Shown here piece by piece: positions 25,681-38,639 of a stretch of 64,000 nucleotides of DNA. The stretch is from Sphyrna mokarran (Eukaryota), in assembly GCA_024679065.1 (NCBI GenBank), contig JAGIQG010000016.1:12834001-12898000 (forward strand), read 5' to 3'. The position numbers and the translations under genes are program-made. The notes under the pieces are model-generated. The model was not told the origin of the DNA and ran no database searches. It was given only the letters and a program-made list of their open reading frames with translations. How positions within the stretch are numbered: the stretch's first letter is position 1; the number at the start of each line of letters is the position of its first letter.

Positions 25681-26104
25681 AATGTCGAAAAGTACCTTCA
25701 TTGATTACACGATCCGTGTCATATCATGCCAGCATAACTTAGAAGATCATTTTTGCTTTGCTTTGTTAATGAACTCATAACTACTGATATGGCCAAATTA
25801 GTATCACTATTGCAACATTGATGACAACTGTTAATTGCGTACACAAACATACAGCTTGTATCTAGGAATGTAGCTACGTTATCAGTAATATTGAGACTAC
25901 CACGTCATATTTTATCTGATTATGGACCAGGGCGTTATGTCTCTGTTCCAAAGCTTTTCAATATTTTTTTTCAAATTTGATAAACTGCAGTGTGAAAAAT
26001 ATTGCTGGATATTCACTCGTGTGATTAAGCGCCTGGTGATACTAATGCATATTGAAGCAACGATACAACAAACAACGTGTTATTTGCCCTTTTTACCCAT
26101 ACAG

Positions 26105-26125
26105 AATTAAAGAGGTCAGGAGAAA
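26105..26125 (+). CDS. 21-nt phase-1 heptad microexon (ELKRSGE)
   Basis: tatttgccctttttacccatacAG|AATTAAAGAGGTCAGGAGAAA|GTaagt. Confidence 0.75.
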
Positions 26126-26354
26126 GTAAGTGTTTGATTGACTTTTCCATTTATATATACGATGCGTCCTCGAGCAAATACCAGTTCCTCTGTCAGATGT
26201 TGAACAACTTGAATTCGCACAGGAATCTGCAAAATCATTTTTTGTTTCCTGAGCCAACGGTGATATGTTCGCAATTGCTGCTGATTAGTTGAAGGAATTT
26301 TCTGCACAAAAATGTTAACGTTCAGTATGATTAATAAACTGGAAAACAATTTTC

Positions 26355-26570
26355 CCCGTGCCTGCGTGGGTTTGCTCTAGGTATCCCGGCTCCTTCTCAC
26401 ATGGCATAGATGTGCGTATTTGTTGGTTGGCCAGATTAAATAGTTTCTTGGTGTCAGGGGACTTGTTAGAGTAAATGCATGGGGTTATGTGAAAATGGTC
26501 TGGGTGGGTGTGTGGACAGTGCAGACTCCAGGGCCGAATGATATCCTTCTGCAATGTAGGATTTCATGAA
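26355..26570 (+). mobile_element. Partial SINE with CR1-like 3' tail
   Basis: tccccgtgcctgcgtgggttt...gggccgaatg...tgtaggatt. Confidence 0.65.
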
Positions 26571-26629
26571 TTACACAAGTCAGAGTGAGGAAGAATTTAT
26601 TTTGTTAACACTAATATTAATAGAGAGAT

Positions 26630-27670
26630 GTACTTGTTCATTCGTGGATCATGGGTGTCTATGGCTGGCTAGCATTTATTACCCATAGGTAGTTGCCCTT
26701 GAGAAGGAAGATTTGGACTGTCTTCATGAATCGCGGCTGTCCACGTGCTGTGTGTTGACCGAAAGGGTCTTTATAGAGAGAAGTCCAGGATTTTGACACA
26801 ACGACTGCAAAGAATTGGCGATGTGTTTCAAAGTCAGGAAGCTCATTCTCTTGGAGTGTAACCACCATGTTATAATGTTTGCGGATATCTGTGGCACTTG
26901 TCCTTCTGGAAGTAACTGGTAATCCGTTTGTAGTTTTCTATTCAAGGATCTTAGGTGTATTGAAGAATTGCCTGTTGTATATAGTACCCACTGCTTTTAC
27001 AAGGTATCAGAGATGGTGGGAGTGGATGCTTGTGGATGAGGTGCCAAGCAGGCGAGTTGCTTTACCTGGATGGTGTAAATCTTCTTGAATGCTGTTGCAG
27101 TTGCACCTATTCAAGAAAGCGGTGACAATTCTGTTAGGCTCCCGACCTCTACCTTGCAGATGGATAGGCTTTGAAGAGGCAGAACGTGAGTTATTCTTCG
27201 CAGTATTCTAATCCTCTGGCCTGGTCTTCTAGCCAGTCTATTTGTGTGGCTAGTCCAGCTGAGTCCAGAGTCAAAAGTGACTCCAAGGATGTTGGTAGTG
27301 GTGGATTCAATGATGTTAACACCATTGAATGTCAAGAGGTGGTGGTTAGTGCCGCTTATTGGTGATGATCTGCGCCTAGCACTTATCTGGCAGAAATGTT
27401 ACTTGCCAGCACAAGCCTGGTTATCTCCAGGTCTTATTGCATTTGAACATAGATAACATCAGTCTCTGAGGAGGCTGTACTGAGCTTTGTTAGGTCAGCG
27501 GCACAGGTTTCAGGAAATGGGTACTGTGGTCGATGCAGAATCGATGTGCCGAATGACAGCCGCTTGCAAATATGAAAGCATGTTTATTTTCTGAGCGCTT
27601 TACTAATCTAGACCAAAAGAAAAATCACTGAGTTCTGACCTTATGATCGAGGGAAGGTCATTGTTTGATT
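26630..27670 (-). mobile_element. Decayed LINE of the L2/CR1 group (post-RT region and 3' end)
   Basis: ILGVTFDSGLSWTSH...GQRIRILRRITH in the 27111 ORF is the typical segment downstream of RT. Confidence 0.8.
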
Positions 27671-28134
27671 TGATTTGATATGATTTATCGTTGTCATTTC
27701 TTTTTGGTACAACGTGAAAAGTGTTATTTCCCCCGTGCTGCACAGATAACATAACTTTCACGTGGAAGGAAAACAGAGACTTTAGAATGAAGATTTTTTT
27801 TTTTTGCTTTTTTTATTCATAGCGAGGGAGAAAAGAAAGGTTAACTAAATAAGATATAGGAAAGGTTCGTTGTTGGAGTGAATTAAAAAAAAAAACACTG
27901 AAATTAGAATTCTAGAAGCATGGGACAAGGGGAAAGATTAAATTGGAGGATATGATGGGCACATCTCTCAAGAAGACGCCACATTCCTGCGTCATCTTGT
28001 GAAGAGTCATCACATTAAATGTTTCTTCAAAGAATTTCTTACACTGAAAATGATGTTTGTCAACATTAGCAAAGCTCCCAGAAAATAAATGCACTTCGAT
28101 ATTTGCAATGAGTTGAGGGTGTAGTGTCAATTAT

Positions 28135-28440
28135 ATCATAGAGGGCCTACAGTGCAGAGGGGTGCCATTCGGCACATCGAGTCTGCATCAATCACAATCC
28201 CACAAAGGATTTATCCTCGCAACCGAACATATTTGGCCTGCTAATCCTCGAAACTTCGCTGAATTTAGCATTACCAATCAACCTAAAACGCACACATTTG
28301 GACTGTGGGAGCAAACGTAGAAAACACACGCAGACATGGGAAAAAAAGTTGTAAACGTCACATAGAGATAGCTCTGAGGCCGGAATTGAACTCTTACCTC
28401 TGGGCACAGTGAGGCTGTCATGCTAAACAGTGCGCATCAA
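28135..28440 (-). mobile_element. tRNA-derived SINE (V-SINE/HE1-like), decayed
   Basis: Collinear with 29230-29541. Confidence 0.75.
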
Positions 28441-29229
28441 TGTAGTTTTTTTTAGACTTGAGAACGGTAACTCCCTGCAGAGCTGAATTCAGGACACTAA
28501 TATAGATTGATGACAAAAAAATGGAGAATATTTTTGTTCAATACTTATTATTATGCAATCAGTTGAAAGTGCCCTTAAGCTAAAAGCTGATAATCGAATC
28601 ATTGCACCTGATAAATGACGCATTCATATTCATTTATTAGATCAGTCCAACTCGTATTCAGATAAATTGATTCTTCTTTTTTTTTATTCATTCTTAGAAC
28701 TTAGGCGTTACAAGTTGGGCAACATTTATTTATCATCCCTAGTTACTCTTGACAAGTAGTGATGAGCCACATTCTTGAACTGTTGAATATCATGTGCTGT
28801 CATTTTATCAACACAGCCGTAAGAGAGGAAATATCTAGAATTTTGATTTCAAAGAAACTGGGATTCATTTTGAAGTCAAGTTGCTGAGTTTATTGCTCGG
28901 GAGCTAGTGCGAACATTGTTGAAGCAGTAGCAGATATTGGGCTTCGGACACAACCTTCAGGGATCTCTGCACAGCTCTCCTGGGGCTTAATCAATTGACC
29001 CTCCACAACCACAACCATCTCCATATAAACAAAACAAGTCCTGACTCCAACCAGCGGATTGTTTGCCCACTGATTATTAGTTCCAGCTTTGCTAGGGTTG
29101 CTTGATATTCGATTGCAGTTACTAAATAAAATATGTCATCTTAAGAGCAATGAAGAACTTGGAATTATTCGAACCAATTTGTTTCAGATTTTTTGGCGTT
29201 AGAGGTAACACTGCACGAAGTGGAAGGGA

Positions 29230-29541
29230 ATCATAGAATCATATGAACTAACAGTGCTGAAAGTCGCTATTCAATCCATCGAGTGTACACCGATTACAAT
29301 CCCACCCAAATATCCGTGTAACCCACGCGTCGCAGGACATTAAGGGGCAATTTTAGCATGGTCAATCAATCTAACCAACACATCTTTAGACTGTGGGAGG
29401 AAAACGGAGCACCAGGAGGAAACACACGCAGGTACGTAGGGAATGTGGAAACTCACACAGACTTTGGCCCAAGTGGAGAATCGAAGCCACGTCCCTGGAG
29501 CTGTGAAGCAGCAGTGCTAACCACCGTGCTATCGTGACGCC
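29230..29541 (-). mobile_element. Near full-length tRNA-derived SINE (V-SINE/HE1-like)
   Basis: Reverse strand reads ...cacggtggttagcactgctgcttcacagctccagggac...ttcgattc (A/B boxes), a central domain and a ...gattctatgatt tail. Confidence 0.85.
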
Positions 29542-29811
29542 TAAACGATGGCGATTCTCAATGGCCTGTCAAGTAATGCAACAATGCGACTATTCTGTAA
29601 TGAACTTTACACACGATTATTATGAATCCCATGCGTTTATTTGCGTGATGAAATAGATTTTTCCTTTCTTTATACTGCAGTGAATGAAGCCAATGTAATG
29701 CTATTGTGAAGTCAAAGAATTATTCAAGACCTCAACTGTCTCAACTGTCTTAATTGCTCATGTAAATGTTGATACAAAAAGTAACACATTTATATCTGTT
29801 CTAACGTTCAG

Positions 29812-29832
29812 GTGAAAGGAAGTTGGAACAAG
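29812..29832 (+). CDS. 21-nt phase-1 heptad microexon (SERKLEQ if joined to 26105)
   Basis: ttatatctgttctaacgttcAG|GTGAAAGGAAGTTGGAACAAG|GTaaga; phase 2 gives TGA. Confidence 0.7.
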
Positions 29833-30177
29833 GTAAGACGCAAAAGCACCATTGGAACCTAGCACATGCATCAAGGTTAGGAAACTGCCTGTTCATATTC
29901 TAGCACTGGCTGCATAAACAAATAAGTTTGGAGTGTGCGGATTTTTTTTTTCTTGTTTTGTTTTGACAGTCAAATAAGATACCCTTCTCCTTTCCAATAA
30001 TTAATTGTAGAGATCTTTTGCACGACAAATTCAAAGGCGGAAACACATTATTATCGGATCCAGGCATGTTTGAAGAGGTGGATATGATGTTGATTTGTGC
30101 GTCATCAGCTTAAATGTGCAGGACGTGGTTACTGACTGAGAGAGAAAAAAAAAATGCTTGTCCAAAGAGTGGAATGC

Positions 30178-30180
<3 letters not shown>

Positions 30181-30216
<36 letters not shown>
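30181..30216. repeat. (AT)n microsatellite
   Basis: Directly visible. Confidence 0.95.
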
Positions 30217-30218
<2 letters not shown>

Positions 30219-30828
30219 CTTTTTTCACAGATTGTTATACTAAATGTCCCAATTGGTTGTTGACTAATTTTTGTTCAGAATAATCAGAACATGATCGAAC
30301 AGTAACATACTGCTGCGGCCGAAATCGAAAACATGCATACGAATCACACAAACACTTTAGGAAACCTATACTGGACATGTTATTTTATTTGAAGATGTTA
30401 GAAAGAATGAGAGAGTGATAGTTGATTATTTCCAAAAAAAAACAAATCACCTAATGTTATTTGATGGTTTGAAAATAACTTAAGAATCAATCGCAATATT
30501 TCTGTTTGGTTAAACAAAAAGCTGAGTTTGCTGATGTTACAGTAGTGAGGAAGAATCGTCTGTTTTATTCTTCTCTGTTTCTTTTTGGCCATTTTCTGGC
30601 AATTGCCAGGATTTGAGATGATTAACTTGTTAACAATTCGATAAACATTAGGAAAATTTAGTGGTCTCCAATTGGTGGGAGTTGAGGAAGTGGATCAACA
30701 GTCTTTCAGAACTCTTGGTAAACCACTCAAAAATCTTTATGCACTTATAACGCCCAGTATAAGCTGGCTGACGTCGAAAGCAGTACCCACTTGCCAGCTG
30801 AGTAGTAAATATGTACTCTTTGCGTTAG

Positions 30829-30849
30829 AACTTAATCGAGATTATGATA
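30829..30849 (+). pseudogene. Possible degenerate heptad exon (ELNRDYD), donor AT; or start of a read-through terminal exon to 30980
   Basis: atgtactctttgcgttAG|AACTTAATCGAGATTATGATA|ATgaaa; the frame stays open to 30980. Confidence 0.3.
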
Positions 30850-31764
30850 ATGAAAGGACATTAGACGAGCAGCGGTCTTTCTCCAGCGCAGAAATCACGA
30901 GTCATTGGGAACGTTTTAATGGATCTGCTCCACAGCCGCTTGATTCACAAATGCAAATCCTGTATCAAAAATGCTTTTGAGCACATCAGAAAGATGAAGA
31001 ATGCAGTTTCCCTAAAACAAATAACGCAAAAGTTCATTGAAAATAGATTAGCCTTTGTTTTTTTTTTCTTCCCAATCAGAATGGAAGATTCTGCAAGAGA
31101 TCGTGTTTGAATATTTCAATCGAAAATCGCAGATAAGAAGGCAACGTGCACCAGCAGATTCATGACTTCGATATAGTGAGCTAAAAATAAACTGCTGCAA
31201 CTATGAAACAAAAAATGAGGTGTCCTCATTTTGCTTTGGTAACAATACTGAAAACAAATTCAACTTTGATTAGAACTGGCATCATTGCACGCGACTGGCA
31301 ATCGGAGCAGATAGTGTATGAGGTGCACATGCGTCAATATCGGATTGAAAGCACGTTGATGAAGCAACTTCCTTACTTTACCATGTTAGTAATGATATTC
31401 AGTGCGCATTCTTGCGTTGATTTTTTTTTATACAACGTGCGGAAAATATTAACAAATCTTCCATTCTGATTGGGAAGAAAAAAAAAACAAAGGCTTATCT
31501 ATTTTCAATGAAATTTGACGGCGGATATATTGTTTCATACCAAATTTTTTGCACTTATCACTGACTGCATTTTTATCTCTGTGTGAAAAGGTGTCGTTCT
31601 TCAGGACATTGCGGTGATATCAGTGCCGTAGATGACTTCCAGAATTGATTGTAAATGTATTTTGCTGATTTGAATGGTACTGGTATTTTACCCAATTCGA
31701 TTTGTTATGAAGTTCGTCAACAAGTGTCCTGAGGTACTCATGACATTACTATTGTTTCCCATAG

Positions 31765-31785
31765 AACTGAAGATGTATCAGGCTG
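31765..31785 (+). CDS. 21-nt phase-1 heptad microexon (ELKMYQA)
   Basis: ttactattgtttcccatAG|AACTGAAGATGTATCAGGCTG|GTaagt: consensus sites on both sides. Confidence 0.75.
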
Positions 31786-32289
31786 GTAAGTGTACAACTG
31801 AAAGTTTCTATGTCTGCTTAACTTTTGGAAGCCTGCTTGTTTGTATAGCTGACAAACGGGAATGAGGTGCGGAGTATGTGTATTAGTGGTTTCTGACTAC
31901 GACTGATGTAAGTAACCTGTCTTGAGCATTTTCAAGCATTCATGCACATATCAGAAAAAAAACAACTGCACTATAATTTGTGCAAATCACATAACCGTGT
32001 ACATAATTTTCCTTAGCAATATAATTAATATTTCATCATGTTTTGGAACTAAAACTCGTATCAAAACCGTGTACTGAATTTTACTTGTATTTGAACTTCA
32101 AAACAGAAGGTTAGTATGCATATCATCAATGGGTCATGCACTGAACTTTCCAATTAGTTCTTTCCGACTCTATAGTAAAGTGTTGCACTGTCTTAATTGA
32201 CAAATCCGATTTTCTCCTCTGTAAAGTTCATCCAATTCGATAAAATGAGCACCAACTAATGAAGTCATGCTAAATACCCTTAGAGCACA

Positions 32290-32655
32290 GTAGCACTAGT
32301 TCAACTCTAGCTTCGGTTGACTGTCAAAACGTTCTACATTCTCCCTGTATGGAGAATGTACAACGTTTGCTTACAATCCTCTGGTTCCTTCCATTTGCTC
32401 CGATTTCATCCCACAGTCGAAAGATGTTCTCTTTTGGTAGATTGACACTACCAAGTTGACTGTTACGGAAGATATAAGAAACATTATAAATAAATGCAGG
32501 AACAGACCTCTCAGACCTTCGACCTTGCACTCCGATTCAACAGGATCATGCAAGTTAAACAAGTGGGGTTACAGGATATGGCTTGCGTGGGATTGCTGCC
32601 AGCGTCAGTAACTTGGGCCGAATGTCTTCCCTTTGTGTGGCAGAAATTCAACGAT
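32290..32655 (+). mobile_element. Decayed SINE region
   Basis: tgtatggagaatgtacaacg...ctctggttccttcc...atcccacagtcgaaagatg...gggccgaatg. Confidence 0.55.
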
Positions 32656-35600
32656 TCTAATCGTTACTAATTATCTCCCTCAATATATTCTCTTTTCGAA
32701 TTATTTCAGGTCATCGGATGTGGTTTTTGCCACATTAAACTCCTCAAAACCTTTGGTACAACCCAAAATCTTATGTCAAAATTTCAAGAACCTCACTGTT
32801 TTATTCCCCGAATTAAGCATTCGTCTCGTGAATCAAGATAGATGTGAACAATCATTTTTACAACCTACTAATGCTATCCAGTTTCGCAAATATTTCTACC
32901 GAAATCCCAAATGTGAATTTCCAAATGTTCATTTTCCCTTTAATAGTTTTTTTTTTAGATAGTCTCGGAATCTCAGTGTTTTCCATGCCAATGATTTGTT
33001 ATGTTCCATAGTTGCTCTCCTTATTGGTTTCATAAATTTCTCCTGCATATTCTGAATTCATCGAAGATCCTAGTTGATTTGTCTTTTTTTTTCGTACGTT
33101 TTAAAAGCTTTTCCTTTCTTTGTTATCCAGCTGAGAGTATTCAGAGGCATCAAATGAAGTCTGGGATCTTTGCACTTTCACTTCTCCCTGAGGAAATATG
33201 GTAGGATTGCACTCTGTCGATTTCATGTTAGTGCACCTATACACTTTCACTGCTGATTTGAAAAAAAAACTCAGACTAGTAAGGCCAGATGTCTCTTAAT
33301 TCTAACACATGAATGTAACAATCCAAAAACTTTTATTCAGATCTTTTTTTTTCTTTTCAATGTCAAGAGTAGATTATACTGTGCTACAATCGATGTCACT
33401 GAAACTGCAAACACCTATTTGGTTCTGTTCCGCAGAAGTAAACCCGAGTTGTTGAACATGCGACATATTTCGTCAAAAATCTTGACTGAATACATTGAAA
33501 GTGATATGCCCTCTATAAACTTTGCGTTATGAGTAAGCAGTATAATTCCCAAATAAAAATTCAAGTTCAGAATTTTACACAATGAAGTACCTGCGTATCT
33601 CCTCCATCACTCCACCCTGAGCATTCGTGGCCCAATAACATTCTGGGAACAATTGACAAAACCATTTTTTTGTTTTGATGTTTTCCAGCACAGCTTCATT
33701 TGATGACTTTTTCAAGATAGTGCGCCTGCTCAATGTAGTTACTGTCTTCTTCGTTAATAATAAAGCAGCATCCGTCTAATATATCGCTTAATCATCCTGT
33801 AGCACAAAATGTTCATTTACCTGTTCTGCATCTCTCACAAATCACAATTCCACGATCATACGCTTAACTCATCAGTCGTATCTTTAACGCACCTAATAAA
33901 AATATAGTCCACCCAACCTTCCCTTATTAGCTTAGGACTACACTTGGCTGAACGTCCACTGTCTCTGCAACTTTACCAATGACTTTCCTAGTCCCTTGAG
34001 GTCTAAACGTCAGAGGTGAATTTCATGCAATTGGAAATACGTTCTGTCTATGCAATCTTTTGGAATAGTGATATGGAATGGTCCATTACTTCTGGCAGAA
34101 ATGTTGCACACCTGATTCGAGTGACCTGACATTGTTATAAACATCCATATTTAGTTATAAGCAACGATTGTTTTGCCTTAATTTAATACTGTTGTCTATT
34201 TTTATTTCGGTCTAAGTGCCATTGCGTTATTTCTAATAATTCCTTATCATTTCATGTTATTTTCTTTATTCTGACATATCATTATCCTTACAGCATATCT
34301 GCGACTTCTATTTCACATAGAACTGATTGCAAGGGCATATTCGCACAATGATTCCTTATGACTTCTGTCACTTCTGGAGCATTTCTGAAAAAAAAATCAA
34401 TCTGATGCTTATCGCGAAGTCACCATTCAGAGACTGTTTCACTGTAATTCAATATGTAAACATCGGAGAGATTGAACAAGTTACGGAAATGAAAACTAAA
34501 TCAACTATGCAGAGGAGTGATTGGAGTGGCTATTATATTTACATGGCAAGCTGTAAGGATACACATCAAATTGTTTCTAAATATATCAGAAATATATCTA
34601 AGTACATCTCATATCTAAACCCACAACCACCTCCATCTAGAAGGACGGGACAGCAAAAACGTAGTAGAGTCGTCCGCGTGTTCCCTTCTAAGTTGCTCAC
34701 AAACCTGACTTTGAAATATATCACCAATGCTTCGCTGTCGTTTGGTCAATACCCTGTAACAGCGTACAAGGTATAGACTGCAGCGATTGAAGGAGGCAAC
34801 TAATTATGATCTGCAAAAGGCCTTCTACGAAAGGGCAATAAATGTTGGCCAACCAGGGAGGTGTAAGTACCACGATTATAGAAAAAAAAACAAATGACTG
34901 TATTGGAAGTTTGAAGATGACATTGTTTTATTTTATTTTTGTCAGCAAAATGCTCATCAGATAAATAAAAGTGATTTTTGAAGGATGACTTCATTTTTTT
35001 GCCGTAAATAACAATGCAATTATAGAGGAATAGGAAAATAAATTGCAGGTATGCTGCTTTTGTATGATTCGGAAGGGAGGAGCGCACCTCAAACATTTCA
35101 GAACATTGGTATGAAACACAGGATCTGTGACTTATTTCTGAGCTTAGATGGTATGAATGATAGCAAATGCAAAAACAAAATGCAGATTTCTTCATTTTTT
35201 CAACAATCAATAAATGTCCGAAAGAAAATAGTCACTTATGTATATAGTAAGCAAAGGGTTAAGATTTCTGAAATCATTCCCAAGTCCGGAAGGTCTCTTT
35301 GAAACACAAAAAAAGTACATTGACTTACTGCCTGATCAGATCCACGTGTTCACGAATGCTGTTGCATGAGTACTTCAGTTGCCCTTAAAGTTATTCATAG
35401 ACCTTAACACCATAATAAAGTAATGGATTTGCAATATCACACTGTCTGAAGAATTTCAGAAGCGTTGTCCTGCTTCTGAAATGATCAGTGCACAGTATTG
35501 AAAACATCACCACTTGAGTAGGATGTGAGGAAAAGGAGTGTGAGTTTATATCATCCTTTAATAGATTTTCCTTTTACTAGGGAACATTCCTGCCAACATC

Positions 35601-36332
35601 GTCCTAATGTTTCCTCGCTCTTCCGTTTAGTCACACTTTCTCCTCTGGAATTCCATTACTTTCTCCATGATTAATACTTTGGATGATGGATTATGCTTTT
35701 GTGAATTTGTTGTAATAGTTACTGCATTGTGAAAGTTCACGTGATTAGACATTCAGAATTCCTCCTTTAATGACTGCATTTTCATGATTTTTTTTGTGTA
35801 TGAAACACTAAATTAACAACAGATCCATCCCCCTAAAATAGGAAGTAGCCAAACAATTCAGCTTTTCAAAGACAGTTTATTCGTCTCAATAAACATTCAG
35901 AATCTCAACAAATATACACTTTTAAATATTCTTGTTCGGATTCAGTAAGTGTATGTTCTTAAGCGTTTACTCCCTTGCACTGCCAACACATGACTTCACA
36001 TCCATTTCATTCAAATATATCAACTGAACTCAATTAAATCTTCCAGAACACCACTATGCAAACAAACACTGAAATTTATGCTGACGTTCAGCTAATCTTC
36101 ACCGACAAGTTTTCTAATAAAAGTGATTGCTCAGTATACAACTCTCAACGTAACAACTGGCGTACCGTTTGAATACCACTCTGTGCAAAGAAAACGGCTG
36201 AACCTTCGCTGTTTGCATGTTCCCCCAGTATCTAATTTGTTTTCTACCGGTTGTTCCACTTTCCTGCGCAGTGAACGCTTAAAAAATTGCACTTACTGAT
36301 TCCGAATAAAAATGGATTAAAAAGGGTTTATT

Positions 36333-36754
36333 AGAGAGGTTGAAGGATTTGAGGTTGTTTTCGTTAGAAAGGAGGCGGCTAAGAGGGGACCTTATTGAAG
36401 CATATAAGATGATTAGAGGTTTAGATAGGGTGGACAGTGATAGCCTTTTCCTTGGATGGAGAAAGCTAGCACGAGGGGACACAGCTTTAAATTAAGGGGT
36501 ATGAGTTATAGGACGGATATCAGAGGTAGGTTCTTTACTCAAAGAGTGATTAGGGAGTGGAATGCCCTGCCTGCAGCTGTTGTAGATGCGCCAAGTTTGG
36601 TGGCGTTTAAGAGGTTAGTTGATAAGTATATGGAAGAGAAGGGAATGGTTTAGTTTGGACGGGCATTGCTTTTTATTTTGGTCGGCACAACATCGAAGGC
36701 CGAAGGGCCTGTTCTGTGCTGTATTGTTCTATGTTCTATGTTCTATGTTCTATG
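36333..36754 (+). mobile_element. Young, short 5'-truncated CR1 3' end
   Basis: Nearly identical to 7990-8400; (TTCTATG)x4 tail. Confidence 0.97.
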
Positions 36755-38639
36755 AATGCTCATTAAGAAGAATATATCATCTTTGAAAAGTTGAATTCGT
36801 AGGCAACGTCCTATTTCAGGGGGATGGATAAGTTTCCTAAGCTTTGGAACAAACATGGACATTTGTATTAATCCATGAGAAGAGGAAATACGACTATCAG
36901 TGAAATAAAATAAAATGGAAATGCCTTTTAACAAATTGATTGAACAGGCTATAAAAATGAGTCAACTCTGTCAGCAGTACTTTTCCTTGGCAACTGTCCG
37001 CTATTTAACTTCAATATCAATCGCATATACACTTCCACTACATTTAACTGGTGCAGAAGCTGTGAGCGTGAATGTCTGAAGATATGAGTTGTGTCATTTA
37101 AAAACAGTTCACTGTTCACTTACGCAATCATTCCTTTTGTTCAACGAATCGTAGAGTTGTACATCCCTGCAGTGCCAAAGGATATCTATCCGTCCTTAGA
37201 ACTGCACAAAAAAACCCATACAGAACACATCTCCTTGAACCTACATACTTACCATACCAATCTGCCTGGCATTAGTTGGTAATTTCGCCTGGCCAATGAA
37301 TATAACCAGAAAGTATTTGGAGTGTGGCGAAATCCTAGCTCTCGAAGGATAACTACACATAGGAAGAATGTGAAAACTCCAGACAGGTCACCATCAGAGG
37401 CTGGAATTAATTATGTGCCTTTGTCACTTTTTTTTTCCTCTGGAGTACCACACTTTTGGATGTTGGAAATTATTTTAATGCTCTTCTGACATGTTTCTAA
37501 CGTATAAGTGGTCCATTGCTTCAAAAGCTTCACCACCCTGAATCCGCAGATTTCAACCAGTATATTGGTTGAAATTAGTCTGACAGTTGCAGCGAAAACG
37601 TACAATGTACATTTCCTCTCAAAAGGAGGTGTAACTTGAGAAGGTCATGGTAGGTATCCGATAATTCTGTTACATTTTGTTCCAAGCAATGAAGGCAATA
37701 TGCACCTTAAAAAATGGACATCTGATGCTGAAGAGGGAAGACAGATTCAATTCTCATTCGACATTATGTTTCAGCCATTCTAAAGAGAGCATTCTTCTTT
37801 TTTTTAAAATGGACTGTGTGCTCTAGGTCAATAATATTATCCGCACATGCAAATATTTGTCATCTTGACGCCTTCACAATTGCATTCACTTTGTTGTGTC
37901 AATCGTGGTTAACGATTAAACGGAATCCCGTAGGATTAACATACTGATAGACATCATTGAACAGAAAAGGAACTGGATTAGCGCGGGAAATGCACATCAT
38001 TTCAGAAATCTAAACTGATCATTAAGCTCCCGATTCCCGAAAATCTATAGACCATGTTCAAGTCATATGCCAGGAACTTTATTCAATCTATGCAGCATGT
38101 TGAAATTAGTGCAAATCCAACATCGCTTAGGGAACATCACACAGTGACTGTCAAGGATTATGTCTTGTTCGCAATCATCTACATGTATTCAATCCTACAA
38201 TCATTAATAATATTCGTGGTATCGTGCGCCATCCACAGGATGCAACAACGTAACTTCCGAAACGTCCATAGACTAACATTTGTAAGGATAAGGACAACAA
38301 CACTTGGAACACTGCCCCATCAATTTTCACTGCTAAATGACCCAAATGCTAGACTTCGAGAACAAATGTTTATAGTCACACTGTCAACAATAAGAAAAAA
38401 AAACCTCGTCGAAGAAACTATGGATGCACCTAAAACATGCTGGCTGCAATAGTTCAGAAGATATACACAGAACCCTCGACATTGATGGGGGTGGGGTGGT
38501 GTGGGCGGGGGTGTAGTGAGCGCTGAATGCTGGCATAGACAGTGATGTCCACATCGCGAGAGTAAGACAACAATGTGGCAATTATTGTTGTCTACTGCGT
38601 TCACATCAAACAAGAGCGACAGCGCATTTGTCAACTAAT

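Noticed and set aside
29460-29541. tRNA-like A/B boxes
   Set aside because: SINE head, not a tRNA gene.
30919-31110. CKSC-containing ORF resembling a saposin N-terminus
   Set aside because: No donor site and no later Cys; opposite strand to the 46.5-kb candidate.
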